64,000 bases of DNA from Scenedesmus sp. PABB004 (Eukaryota): the NCBI GenBank assembly GCA_014905635.1, contig CM026547.1, positions 2,232,001 to 2,296,000 of the forward strand, read 5' to 3'. A program made the translations under genes and the position numbers. Positions 13,194 to 23,728 of the stretch are shown piece by piece; within the stretch, counting starts at the first letter, position 1, and every line of letters begins with the position of its first letter. The notes under the pieces were generated by a model, which saw nothing but the letters and a program-made list of their open reading frames with translations, did not search any database and was not told the DNA's origin.

Positions 13194-16100
13194 TGGCGAC
13201 GCGGGCGGGCGCGCCTTTGCGCTCGTGCCGCAGGCCGCCGCGCTGCTGGGCGCGTTTGCGCGCGCCGCGGGCCCCGCCGCGGCGCGCGAGGTCATCGCCG
13301 GCGGCCTCGCGCTCGCGGCGGCGCCGGGCCAGGAGCTGCCGCGCGCGGGCTGCCTCGCGCTGCTGCGCGCGCTCGCGGGCGCGGCCGAGGGCGGCGGTGG
13401 CGCGGGGCGCGCGCGCTGCTGGCGGGCCTGGACGAGCGCGCCGGCGCCGCGTACGCGGAGGCGGCCCTGTCCACGCTGCACGCGCTGCAGGGCCGGCTCG
13501 CGACCTACTCGGGCCAGGACTACCGCACCGCCTGCTTCGGCCTGCTGGTCGCCATCGCAGCGGCGGCGGCGCCAGCGGGCTCGTGCCGGCTCGCGGCGGC
13601 GGCGCGGCTCGTGCAGGCCTTGCCTGGCGCCCTGCAGGGTCCCGGCGGGCCGCTGCACGGCGCCGTGCGCGCGTGGCTGCTGGGCGGCGGCCACGAGGGC
13701 GGCGTGTGGCTGGCGGAGCAGGCGGGCGTCATGTGGGAGCAGTTTTTTGGCGCAGCCGACGGCGCGGCGCCGGGCGGGCAGCGCGCGCAGCAGCCGGCGG
13801 CGGCGCAGGCGTGGGGGGTGCGGCCGCACGACTACCAGGCCTGGCGCGCGTCAGCGGACGCGTGGCAGCGCGTGGCGCTGTGCGCGGGCGACGCACTGCA
13901 GCCGCTGCTCGCGGCGGCGTGCGCGGAGCTCGCGGACCGCGTGGAGCAGCTCAGCAGCCGCAGCTACCTGCCGCCCGGCGCGGCGGAGCGCACGCTGGTC
14001 ATGCTGGGCGTGCTGCTCGAGGGCGCCGAGGCGGCGGGGCGCGTCGCGGCGGAGGCGGGGGAGCCGCCGCCGCCGCTGACGGCGGCCGTGGCGCGCCTGG
14101 CCGAGGCGGCGGCGGGGCCGCTCGGGCGGGCCATGGAGGCGTACGCCAGCTGCTTCTGGCGCAGCCCCGCCGAGCTGGCGTGGGGCGGCGGCGCCGGCGG
14201 GGGGCCGCCGCCGGCGCCGGACAGCGCGGCGCCGTACGGCCTGCCCGCCAGCTCGTGGGCGGCCGCGGCGCGTGCCGAGGCCGCGGCCGGCGCGGCGGCG
14301 GCGGCGGTGCTGCTGCTGGCGCGGCACGTGTCGGGCTGCTGGGACGCCTGCGGCGCGGACGAGGGCACCCCGACAGCGCCCGCGGTAGCGCCGCCTGCGC
14401 GGCGCGGCGCCGCGGCGCTGCTGCAGCTGCTGGGGGCGCTCGCAGACGTGGGCGAGCGCCTGGCGGACCAGTCGCTGCCCGTCAGCAGCCCGCCGCCGGA
14501 CGCGGGCGCGCCGCGGGCGGGGGCCGTGCCGCCGCAGCTGCACGAGGCGGCCGCGGCCGAGCAGTCGCGCGCGGCGGCGCTGGACGTGCTCGCGCATGCG
14601 AGCCTGGGCCTGTCGCGCGCCCTGGCCTGCTGCCCCGAGCTGGCGCCCGCGCTCCGCTGCCGCCCCGTGGCCTGGCAGGCGGCGCTGCAGCGCGAGGTCG
14701 CCGCCGCGCGCGCGGCGCACGACGCGTGGCTGCCGGCTGCGTCGGCGGCGGCGAGCGTGCGCAGCGGGGACCCCATGCAGGGCTGGCTGTGCGGCATGCA
14801 TTGGCGCGCCTGCGACGGCACGATGGCGCTGCTGGCGGCCGTCCAGGGCGGCGGCGCGGCGGCGCGGGGCGCGCAGCTGCCGCGTGGCGCGCTGCCGCCG
14901 GCGCTGGTGGGCGAGCTGCTGGCGCAGGCGCTGGACGCGCTGCAGTGGACCACCACCGAGTCGGGCAGCGACGCCATGCAGCTGCTGCGCTGCCTGCGGC
15001 GCCTGTGGACGCTTGTGGCGGCCGACGAGGCGCTGCAGGTGCGTCGCCCCGCGGCGGCGCGGCGCGCGGCTCGCTTGCCGGGCGGCCATCGCGACTCGCG
15101 CCGCCCGCGCGCCGCGCGCGACGCATCCGTGTCCGCGTCCGCGTCCGCCGCGTAGGCTGCCGCCGCGGAGCGCCTGGACGCCGCCGGCGCGCTGCCGAGC
15201 GCCGAGGGCGCGCCGCTGTCGCGGCTCGCAGGCGGCCTGTCGCGTGGGCTGCTGGACATGCTGCTCGGCGCCAAGAAGCGCCCCGAGGCGCTCTACAGCG
15301 CCGCGCTGGGCGCGCTGCTGCTGCCGGGGCTGTGCGCGTTTGACCCCTCCGCGGCGCCCGGCCTTGCCGCGCTGCACGCCGGCGACGGCGCGCCGCTGCG
15401 GGGCTTTGTGCGCGGCCTGCTCGACATCGGTGCCAAGGGCAGCCCGCGCCTGATGCTCGTGCTCGCGCTGCACCTCTCCGCGCTGCTGCCCGCCGCGCCG
15501 GCGCTGCTGGGCTGGTACGCCCCCGAGCTGCGCCGCCTGGTGCTCTTCGGCACGGCCAACGCGGCGCTCGGCGCCGACGCCGACGCGCAGGCGCGCTGCG
15601 CGCGCTGCGGCCACAGCCTGCGCCGCCGCGCCGCGCCCGCCCTCGCGACGGCCGAGGACCGCGCCGCGCCTGCCGCGCCGCCGCGCGTCCGCGCCGCCAG
15701 GGCCTGCCGAGCTTGGAGGCGTGCCGGGAGCGCGTGCTGCTGGCGGGGCCGCTGGACGCGGAGCTGCAGGACGCGTATGCGCTCACAGACATCGGCCCCC
15801 GCGTCGCCGTGGTCTCGGCGCTGCACGCGCTCGCGACAGCCGCGGGCCTCGGCGGCGGCGGCGCCGCGGCGGGCGACGACGCGTGGGCGGCCGAGGCGGA
15901 GGCCGCGGGCGTGGCGCTCTGGGGCAGCTGGCTCGAGGTGCGGCGCCGCGCGCGGGGCGGCGGGGGCCGGCGTGCGCCGCGTGCGCACGCGCGGGGCGCG
16001 CGGCCACGGCCCAACGCCCGCTGCCTCTGCCGGCCGCCGCAGGCGCTGCGCAGCGACCCGCTGCTGGGCGGCGAGCGCTTCAAGGTCGGCTCGGACGTGC

Positions 16101-17996
16101 ACCGCCTCAAGGTCCGCGCCTGGCAGGGCCTCACCGCGGCGTCGGCGTTCTTCGCCAGCCCGCGGCAGCGCCCCGCGGCGGAGGCGGCGGTCGCGGGTGC
16201 GGGCCCCCCTGCTGCGCGCGCTGCGCGCGCTGCGCGCGCTGCGCGCGCGCGGCGGCTGCGAGCCCGCGCCCACACGCTTGCGCCTCCGCGCGGGGGGTCA
16301 CCCACGTCGCAGACCTGGTCGCCGCGCTGGGCGACAACAACCCGCCCAGCCTCAAGCAGTACCAGGAGGCGGTGCTCGCGTCCCTGCTGCTCGCGCACCC
16401 GGGGCTGCTCGAGGCGCACGTGCTGCCCGCGCTCGCGAGCGTTGAGCGCGGCAGCGCCGCGACCGCGAGCGAGCTGCTCATCGCGGTGCAGGTCGCGCTG
16501 CACAGCCCGCCCGCCACGCAGGCGGCGCTGCTGCCGCGCGTCGCGTCGCTGCTGCTGCCCTGGACCAACCACCACACGCACAGCATCCGGACCTTTGCGC
16601 AGCTCGGATTCATCGCGCTCGCCGAGGCGGCGCCGATGGGCGCCGGGCCGGGCGCGTGGCCGGGCTGGGACGCGGGGCTCGGGCCCGGCGGCGCCGCCGT
16701 GCTGGGCGAGCTGCTGCGCTTCACGCGGGACAACGCCGACTTCCAGCGCTTCCGCCGCGCCATGGGCGCCGGCATCGCCGCGTGGAGCCCCGCCGGGCTC
16801 ACCGCGCCGCGCCGAATCTTCAGCACCAGCCTGCACCTCGCGGGTGCGGCGGCGCGGGGGCAGCGGCGGGGCGCAGCGGCGCCGAGCGCGCGGCGACGCC
16901 CGCCCCCGCCCGCCCGTCGCCGCCGCCGCCCCACGCGCCGCGCGCGCGCGCGCGCGCGCAGGCGCGGAGGAGGTGCCCGTGACGTTTGAGGGCGTGCCCG
17001 AGGCGCTCCTGGACCGGCTGACCACCTTCCTGACCGCCGAGCGCGCCAAGCTGCGCGGCGCGGCGGTCGACCGCGTCGCGGGCTACGCGGGCGGGCCCCA
17101 GGCCGCGCCGCCGGCCGCGCAGCAGCCCGGTGGCGGCGGCGGCGGCGGCGGCGGCGCGCCGGCGCGCTACCAGCGCAAGGTCACGCCCAGCGAGCGAGCG
17201 GCGCTGATGGCGGACGTCCTGGACGAGCTGCCGGAGCCGGGTGTGTGCACGGGCGCGCGCACGGCGCGCGCGGCGGGCCCCGCTGCGCCGCGCGCGCCTC
17301 CCCTGCCGGCGCGCGCCTCCCTGACCGCGGCGGCGCGCCGCCGCCCCGACAGGCGCGGGCGGCGCGGCGGGGCCCGCGGGCACGGCGCGGCACGAGCTGC
17401 TGGTCGTGGCGAGCCTCATCCACAAGGCCCCCAACCTGGGAGGCCTCGCGCGCACGGCCGAGGTGCTGGGCGCGGGTGCGCTCGTGCTGGGCGACGCGCG
17501 CGTCACGAGCGAGCAGGGCTTCACCAGGTGCGGCGCGCCGCCCGGGCGGCCGTGTGCGCTGTGCGGACCGCGCGCTGCGTGCTGTGCGCTGCACGCGCCC
17601 CGAGCGCCCGCCCCTGCCGCGCGCAGCGTGAGCGTGACGGCGGAGCGCTGGGTGCCGCTGCTCGAGGTCAGGGAGGCGGAGCTGCTCGGCTGGCTGTCGG
17701 CGCGGCGGGCTGAGGGCTACGCCCTGGTCGGCCTGGAGCAGACGGCCGAGTCGCGCGTGCTGCCGCACTACGCCTTCCCCCGCCGCACCGTGCTGGTGCT
17801 GGGGCGTGAGAAGGAGGGCATCCCGCCGGAGGTCATCGCGATGCTCGACGCGACGGTCGAGATCCCCCAGCTCGGCGTCGTGCGCTCGCTCAACGTGCAC
17901 GTCGCCGGCGCCCTGGCGATGTACGAGTACGCGCGCCAGCGCCTGCCGCCCGCGCCCGGCGGCGGCGGCGGCGGCGGCGGCGGCGACGGACGCTGA
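11491..17996 (+). CDS. TRM3: tRNA (guanosine-18 2'-O)-methyltransferase TRM3/TARBP1-like: long helical N-terminus plus C-terminal SpoU domain
   Basis: The C-terminus has VASLIHKAPNLGGLARTAEV, SVSVTAERW, VGLEQT, VLGREKEGIP and EIPQLGVVRSLNVHV (SpoU/TrmH). One apparent frameshift near 13410. Confidence 0.88.
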
Positions 17997-18197
17997 ACGA
18001 TCGCGGTCGGCTTGGCCGGTGCGCGGGGCAGGTCGCGTGAGCGGCGTGGTTCAGGGCTCCGCGACACGACGGGCGCCGCCGCACCGTGCGTGAACCGTGC
18101 TGGTGCTCAGTGATGGGCACAGCCTCCGCGCCGCCCCGACCGCGGCCGCACGAGAGAGACAGCTGCACGAGGCGTGCGCACGCTCCGCCGCCGCACG

Positions 18198-19765
18198 ATG
18201 GACTCCGAGCTGCTCTCGGCGCTGGAGGAGGTGCTAGACGTTCTGGCAGAGGTGCGGAGGAGCGCGTGCTCCGGGCAGCAGCGCGCCGATCGGGGGCTGG
18301 CGAGGGCCGCTATGCATCGCACGCCGCCGCCGCAGGCGAGGGCGGCCATCGAGGCCGAGGTGGCGCTCGCCAGCGCCGTGAACGCCGACCTTAAGCGCGT
18401 TGTGAGGCGCCTGCAGGCCAGGTGGGTCCCCCAGTGTGGGCAGCCGCGGCGCGCGACGCCGCCGCTGTCCTTCCGCGGCAACCGCTGCCGCCGCGCGGTC
18501 GCAGGCCCAGCGGCGACGAGCAGGCGCTGCCGGAGCCCGCGGCGCAGGTTCTGGCGCAGCACAGGCGGCCGCACCTGCAGCCCGCGCCCGGCGCCGCCGG
18601 GCTGGCGCAGCAGCAGCGCGGGCAGCGGCCGGGCAGCGGCCGCGCGGGCGCAGCGGCGCCGCGCAGCGGCGGCAGCGCCGGCAGCAGCGGTGCTGGCCGA
18701 GCCGCCAGCGTTCCCGCGCCGGCCGCGCCGCAGCCGGCCGCCCAGGCTGCGGAGGGCGGCGGCCGCCGCGGCGCCGCGGCGCCGCCCGCGCTGCCGGCGG
18801 CCTTCCGGGAGCTGCTCGCGCGGTTTGCGGCCCTGCAGCAGCAGGTCGGCGGGCACGTGCCCGTGCCGCCGGCGGCGGGGCTCACCGACTCGGCGGCCGC
18901 GGGTTTCATGGCGGGCCTTGACCAGGCGTACGGCAGCGCGCAGCCGGCGGGACAGTCGCGGCTGGGCGCGGCCGCGTTCAGCCGCCAGGCAGAGTTTGTG
19001 GGGCTCGCGTCCGCGGCGCTTGCCGCGGTGCAGGCGCTCGGCAGCGGCGGCGCCGTGCCGGCGGGCGACCCGGAGCTGCACGAGGCGGCGCGGCGCGTGC
19101 TGCTGGCGTGCGAGCTCTGGTGCGAGCAGCACGAGCGGGAGGCGACACAGCCTGCCGCGGACGATGAGGCCGTCAGCGCCGCAGCGCGCTGGCAGAACCG
19201 CTGCCTGCGCGGCGTCCTGGCGACGGCCGCGGCGCTGGAGCCGGCGGCGCCTGACGCAGCCACTGCGGCGGCGGCGGCGGCGGGAAGCTGCAGCGCGGCG
19301 GGCCCCCAGCTGGCAGTGTGGCTGCCGGAACAGTGCTGGGGCCCGCTGGACGCCGCTGACGGCGTCGACGGCCGCGGCGGCGGCTCGCCCGTATGGCGCG
19401 TGCTGGCGCCGGCGGGCGCCGCGCAGACGGCGCCCGTGGCGCTGTGCTATTCGGACGCGGGCGAGCTCGCGCAGCACGCGCGCGCGGTGCAGAAGCTGCA
19501 GCAGCTGCTGCTGCACCACCACGTCGAGGCGCGCCTCGTGCCGCGCCTGCTCGAGTGCCTGCTGCGCGGCTGCCTCGCCGTCGGCGGCGGCCGCGCTGCC
19601 GAGCGGCAGGGCGGCGCGGCGGGCGCGACACACGAGCGGTGCCTGGCGCTGTTCCGCCTGCTGCACGCGCTCACCGCGGGCGCGCCCAAGCGGTGCGGCC
19701 TCGGCGGCGGCTGCCACGTGGTGGAGCTGCAGCAGGTCGCCGACGCGGGGTGGCTCGACTGGTGA
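18198..19765 (+). CDS. Protein of unknown function; 3 exons
   Basis: MDSELLSALEEVLDVLAE|ARAAIEAEVALASAVNADLKRVVRRL with canonical introns, then a long coding-like last exon ending ...DAGWLDW*. No family recognised. Confidence 0.6.
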
Positions 19766-20188
19766 CCGCCGAGCCGAGCCGGGTCCGGTCCACCGCTCGC
19801 TCTCTCGCGCGCGTCAGACCCGTCTGCCGCCGCTGCTCCCCCCCCCCACCCAGCTTGCGCGCGCCAGAGCTCGGCTCGGGCCGGGCAACGCGCTCGTTAC
19901 AGCGCCCTCGGGCGGGCGACTGCTGCAACGGCGGGGCCCTCGCGCGCGCGGGGCGGGTGCCGCGCGGCCTGCGCCTGCAGGGCGTGCACCACCACCCGCG
20001 ACCAGCTCCGGCTGGTCCGGCCCGCCTACGCCGCGCCGCCGGCCTCGCGGCGGCCCGCCCGTCGGACCGCGGCCGTGGCGCCGCCGGCCCGGCTCGGCAG
20101 CTCAAGCATCTGCTCCGCTGCCGCTGCTCCCAGGCCGCCTAACTCGTTGTACATGGCCCGGCGCTCCAGCTGCGGGGCTGGCCGCTGC

Positions 20189-21257
20189 TTACCAGTAGCC
20201 CTGCTTGCGGCCCTGCACGCCGATCTGGCCCCAGAACAGGCACGCGAACAGGCCCATGTGCCAGGTGAGCTGTGGGCGGCGCGCCCGGGCGGCGGTGGCG
20301 CGCGAGGGGGCGGGCGGCGGCGGGGTGGGGGGCGGCGGCCGGGCGGAGGGCTGCCGGGCAGGTCGCGCGGGCGGCTGCCGCGCTCCGCCGCTGCTGCCGC
20401 CGCCGCGGCCTGGCGCGCTGCCGCTCCGGCCCGGCCCGCGCGGCGACGCACGAGGTAGAGCCAGAACGGGTCGTCGATGGAGGGGCCGGTGGGGAACTTG
20501 GCCAGCTCCTCGCCGATGCTCTGGGTGAACAGGCCGAACAGGCTCTGGCCGCCAAACGCGCTGGTGGGGATGTTGCTGGGGATGGTCCAGCTGCGCGGGC
20601 GAGGGGCGCGGCATGCTGAGCGCTCCGCCGGCGCGCCCGCGACAGCGGCCGCCGCGCGCCGGCGCAGGCCGCTGCTGCTGCTCGCACGAGCCCGCGCTCA
20701 CCCCAGGAAGCCCAGCACGGGCACGAGCGGGTCGCGCTTGATCCAGTCGCTGGGGTAGGGCTGGCCGCTGCGGGTCGCGCGCGCGCCGGGCGGCGGCGGC
20801 GCAGTCAGCGGGCCCGCCGCTGCCGCCGCTGCCGCGGCGCGCGGCGCCGCCGCGCCGCGGGGATCTGCCGCCGCCGCGGCGGCCAGGCCTGGCCCCGCTG
20901 CCTCTGCGCCCGTGGGCGCAGCCGCTGCGGCCAGGGCGCCCGCTGCTGCGCGGCAGGGGCGCGCGATGGGCGCAACTCACGCGCGCACGGTCACGGCGCG
21001 GCGGGAGGCCGGCGCGGCGCGCGCGGCAGACCCTGCGGAGCGGCAGCCGCGCCCACGTCAGCCCAGGGCCGGGGCGCCCGCGGCGAGGCGCGGGCGCGCG
21101 GCGAGCCGCGCCAACGCAGATCGCCGCGCGCCGCGGCGCTGGGGGCGCCGGCCGGCCCGGCGCGGCTGCGCTCCGGGCGTCGCGCGCATGGCCACGCACG
21201 CAGGGGCGCCTTGCTGCGGGTCAGGCTCATGCCGGAGGTGCGCATGGTGAGGGCCAT
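20189..21257 (-). CDS. PSAO: Photosystem I subunit O
   Basis: Transit peptide, then DWIKRDPLVPVLGFLG|WTIPSNIP...SLFGLFTQSIGEELAKFPTGPSIDDPFWLY and TWHMGLFACLFWGQIGVQGRKQGYW*. A TGTAA lies on the minus strand at 19897-19901. Confidence 0.95.
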
Positions 21258-21529
21258 CTTGGACGGCTGCGGCGGGTGTGGCGCGGCACCGATGCGACGA
21301 CGCTGGACACGGCTGCACGTCGGGCGACAGCCAGAGGCAGCCGGGGCGGTAGATCCATGAACCGAGGTTCAGGGTTGGTGGTCAACTCGTTGAGTCCGCC
21401 CGCGCTGTAATTGCAAACGCACGCAGCCGGCCTTTTCTCACGCGCGCTTGGGGAACCCGCGCGCGGCCTCGCTCCGCCGCCGCGCGCCGGCAGCGGCGCC
21501 GGGGCCGGAGCCGGTGCCGCCGCGCCATC

Positions 21530-22915
21530 TCAATCGTCGCCGTCGTAGCCCGCGGCGGCAAAGCACAGCCCCAGCGCGGGCGCCGGCGGCGCGGTCAGGC
21601 GGCGGTCGGCCGCGCCCGCGAGCGCACGCAGGCGGCCCGGGTCAAACGCGCGCCCCGGCGGCACCGCGGCCGCCTCGCGCACCGCGGTCGCCACCAGCAC
21701 GCGCACCATGCGGCGCAGGAAGCGGTCGCCCACCAGCTCCACGCACAGGCACGCCGCGCCGCCGCCGGCGCCGCCAGTTCCCGATGGCAGGCGCACGAGC
21801 GCCGCGCGCGCCACGGCGAGCGTGCAGGCCGTGGCCTTGCCCGGTGGCGTGTCGCGCGCGTAGGCGGTGAAGTCCAGCGCCGCGCCCTGCAGCGCCCGCA
21901 GCAGCGCGTCCACGCGCCCGACGTCCAGCGCCGGCGCCGCCGCGAGCGCGGCGCGCAGCGCGGCGGCGGCGTCGGCGTCGCCGCCGGGCGGCGCCGCGCC
22001 GCGCCGCGCGCCGCGCGCCTGCGCCAGCTCGCCCGACAGCCGCGGCGACGCAGATCGCCCGGCGCCCTCGTCGCCCGCGCGCGGGCGCGGGAGGGGCAGG
22101 ATGTACACGTAGCGCCGCCAGCGCGCAGAGAAGGTGGCGTGGAAGTCGCGCGGCACCACCGCCGCGCGCCAGGCGCGCATGTGCACCAGCCCCGCCGCCT
22201 GCTGCTGCTCGGCCCCCGCGCAGCCGCCGCCCGGCTGTGCCAGCAGCGCCGCCTGCGCCGCGACGGCGCCCGGCAGCTGCGTGTTGAGCGCGGCCAGCAG
22301 CTCCTGCGGCGACAGCGCCGGCTGCCAGCTGTAGAACGACACCACCTGCGAGTTGCGCGTGGGAGCCAGCGGCGGCGCAGCCACTCGAGCGCCGCGCGCG
22401 GGGGCGCGGCCCGCGCCGCCACCCACCTGCCCCGCCGCCGTCACGCCGGCGTCAGTGCGGCCGGCGCACATCACGGCGGGCAGCTGCGCCTGCTGCTGCT
22501 GCTGCTGCTGCTGCTGTGCACCGCCCGCGTCAGCTGCCGCTCGGTCCGCAGCTGGCGCGGGCGCCGCCTGGCAGGGGCCGCCCTCCGCAGCGGCGCCGAC
22601 CTGGTCCGTGCGCGCGCGCTTGACGGCCTGCCTACCGGCGCGCCGGGCCGCCTTGGCCGCCGCGCGCTGCGTGTTGTAGCCGGGCGGGTGGGCGGCCAGG
22701 CCCGCCGCCGCGATCGCCGCGGCCAGCGTGTGCTCCAGCGTGACGCGGTCGGGCTGGCGCATCCAGCCCGCGAAGCTGCTGCCCAGGTATGAGACATGGA
22801 CCTTGTAGGTCGTGCGCTGCGGGCGCGACTGCCCCGGCTCCGCCGCGGCGTCAGCGGCCGGGCCCTGCGCCTGGTCCTGCTGCTGCTCCGGCTGCTCTGG
22901 CTGCTGCTCCGGCTG

Positions 22916-22951
<36 letters not shown>

Positions 22952-23318
22952 ATCCAGCTGCTGATCCAGCTGCTCAGCGCCGTCCGTGCTGGCTGGGGCA
23001 GGCGGCTCCCGCGCCTGGCTGCCTCCCGCCTCCTGCCGCGGGGCGCCGGCGCCGGCGCTGCGCGCATTCGCGCCTGCCGGCGCCAGGCCCAGCTGCGACA
23101 GGCAGGCGGTGCCCGCCACCAGCTGCACATAGAAATCTTCGACGGCCTGGGGCAGGCCCGGGGCAGCGAGTCGGCGCTGCGCGCTGCCAGGCGCCGGGGC
23201 GCCCACCACCGCGCGCTGGCGGCCACCGCACCCGCCAGTCGCCGCTGTGCAGGTACGCCACCGTCAGCTCGTGCGGCCAGGGGCTCTCCGGCAGCTCGTG
23301 CGCCGCCTGATCGGCCAT
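21530..23318 (-). CDS. tRNA pseudouridine synthase, TruA/Pus1 family
   Basis: YKVHVSYLGSSFAGW, catalytic AGRTDAGV, FHATFSARWRRYVY, GDRFLRRMVRVLV and APALGLCF. The start is uncertain, with upstream in-frame ATGs up to 23693. Confidence 0.88.
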
Positions 23319-23592
23319 CGAGGCGCGACAGCGGCAGTGGCCGCGCCGTGCTGCGGCGGCGGCACGGGCTCCAGCGGCTGGTTGTGCGCCGCACGGCCTG
23401 CGTCTGGCTGCGGCGCAGGCTCGCGGGAGCATCTCAGGGCGCCGTGCGGCCCATTCGGCGGCGGCGCGATGGCCGCTGCTGGCGCGGCGGCGGCGTCGGA
23501 GCGCGCGCGGGCGGCGACGTGGGCGGCGAATCGGCGCGTTTACTCGCTGGCTCGCGACCTGGGGTGCCGCAGAACGGCGAAGGCGCGCGGCT

Positions 23593-23631
23593 GCTTCGCC
23601 AGACCGCGGAGCGCTTCGCCAGACCGCGGAG
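23593..23631. repeat. Tandem 20-bp-period direct repeat (GCTTCGCCAGACCGCGGAG x2) in the divergent intergenic region
   Basis: Two exact copies lie between the TruA and TCAIM-like start codons. Confidence 0.85.
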
Positions 23632-23728
23632 TCGGTGACGACGACGGCGGCGCTACTGCCAGCGGACCCCACCGCCGCTGCCACCACTCCCATCGAGATG
23701 TTAGCGCTCTCTAGGTGACCTCACAGTC

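Noticed and set aside
16197..16312. TRM3 intron apparently lacking an AG acceptor at ~16295
   Set aside because: A canonical CGCAG acceptor at 16312 with an upstream GTCAC branch-like site restores the frame.
22480..22950. (CTG)n arrays as a CRISPR-like or regulatory repeat
   Set aside because: They are simple poly-Gln tracts in the TruA-family coding sequence, with no repeat-spacer structure.
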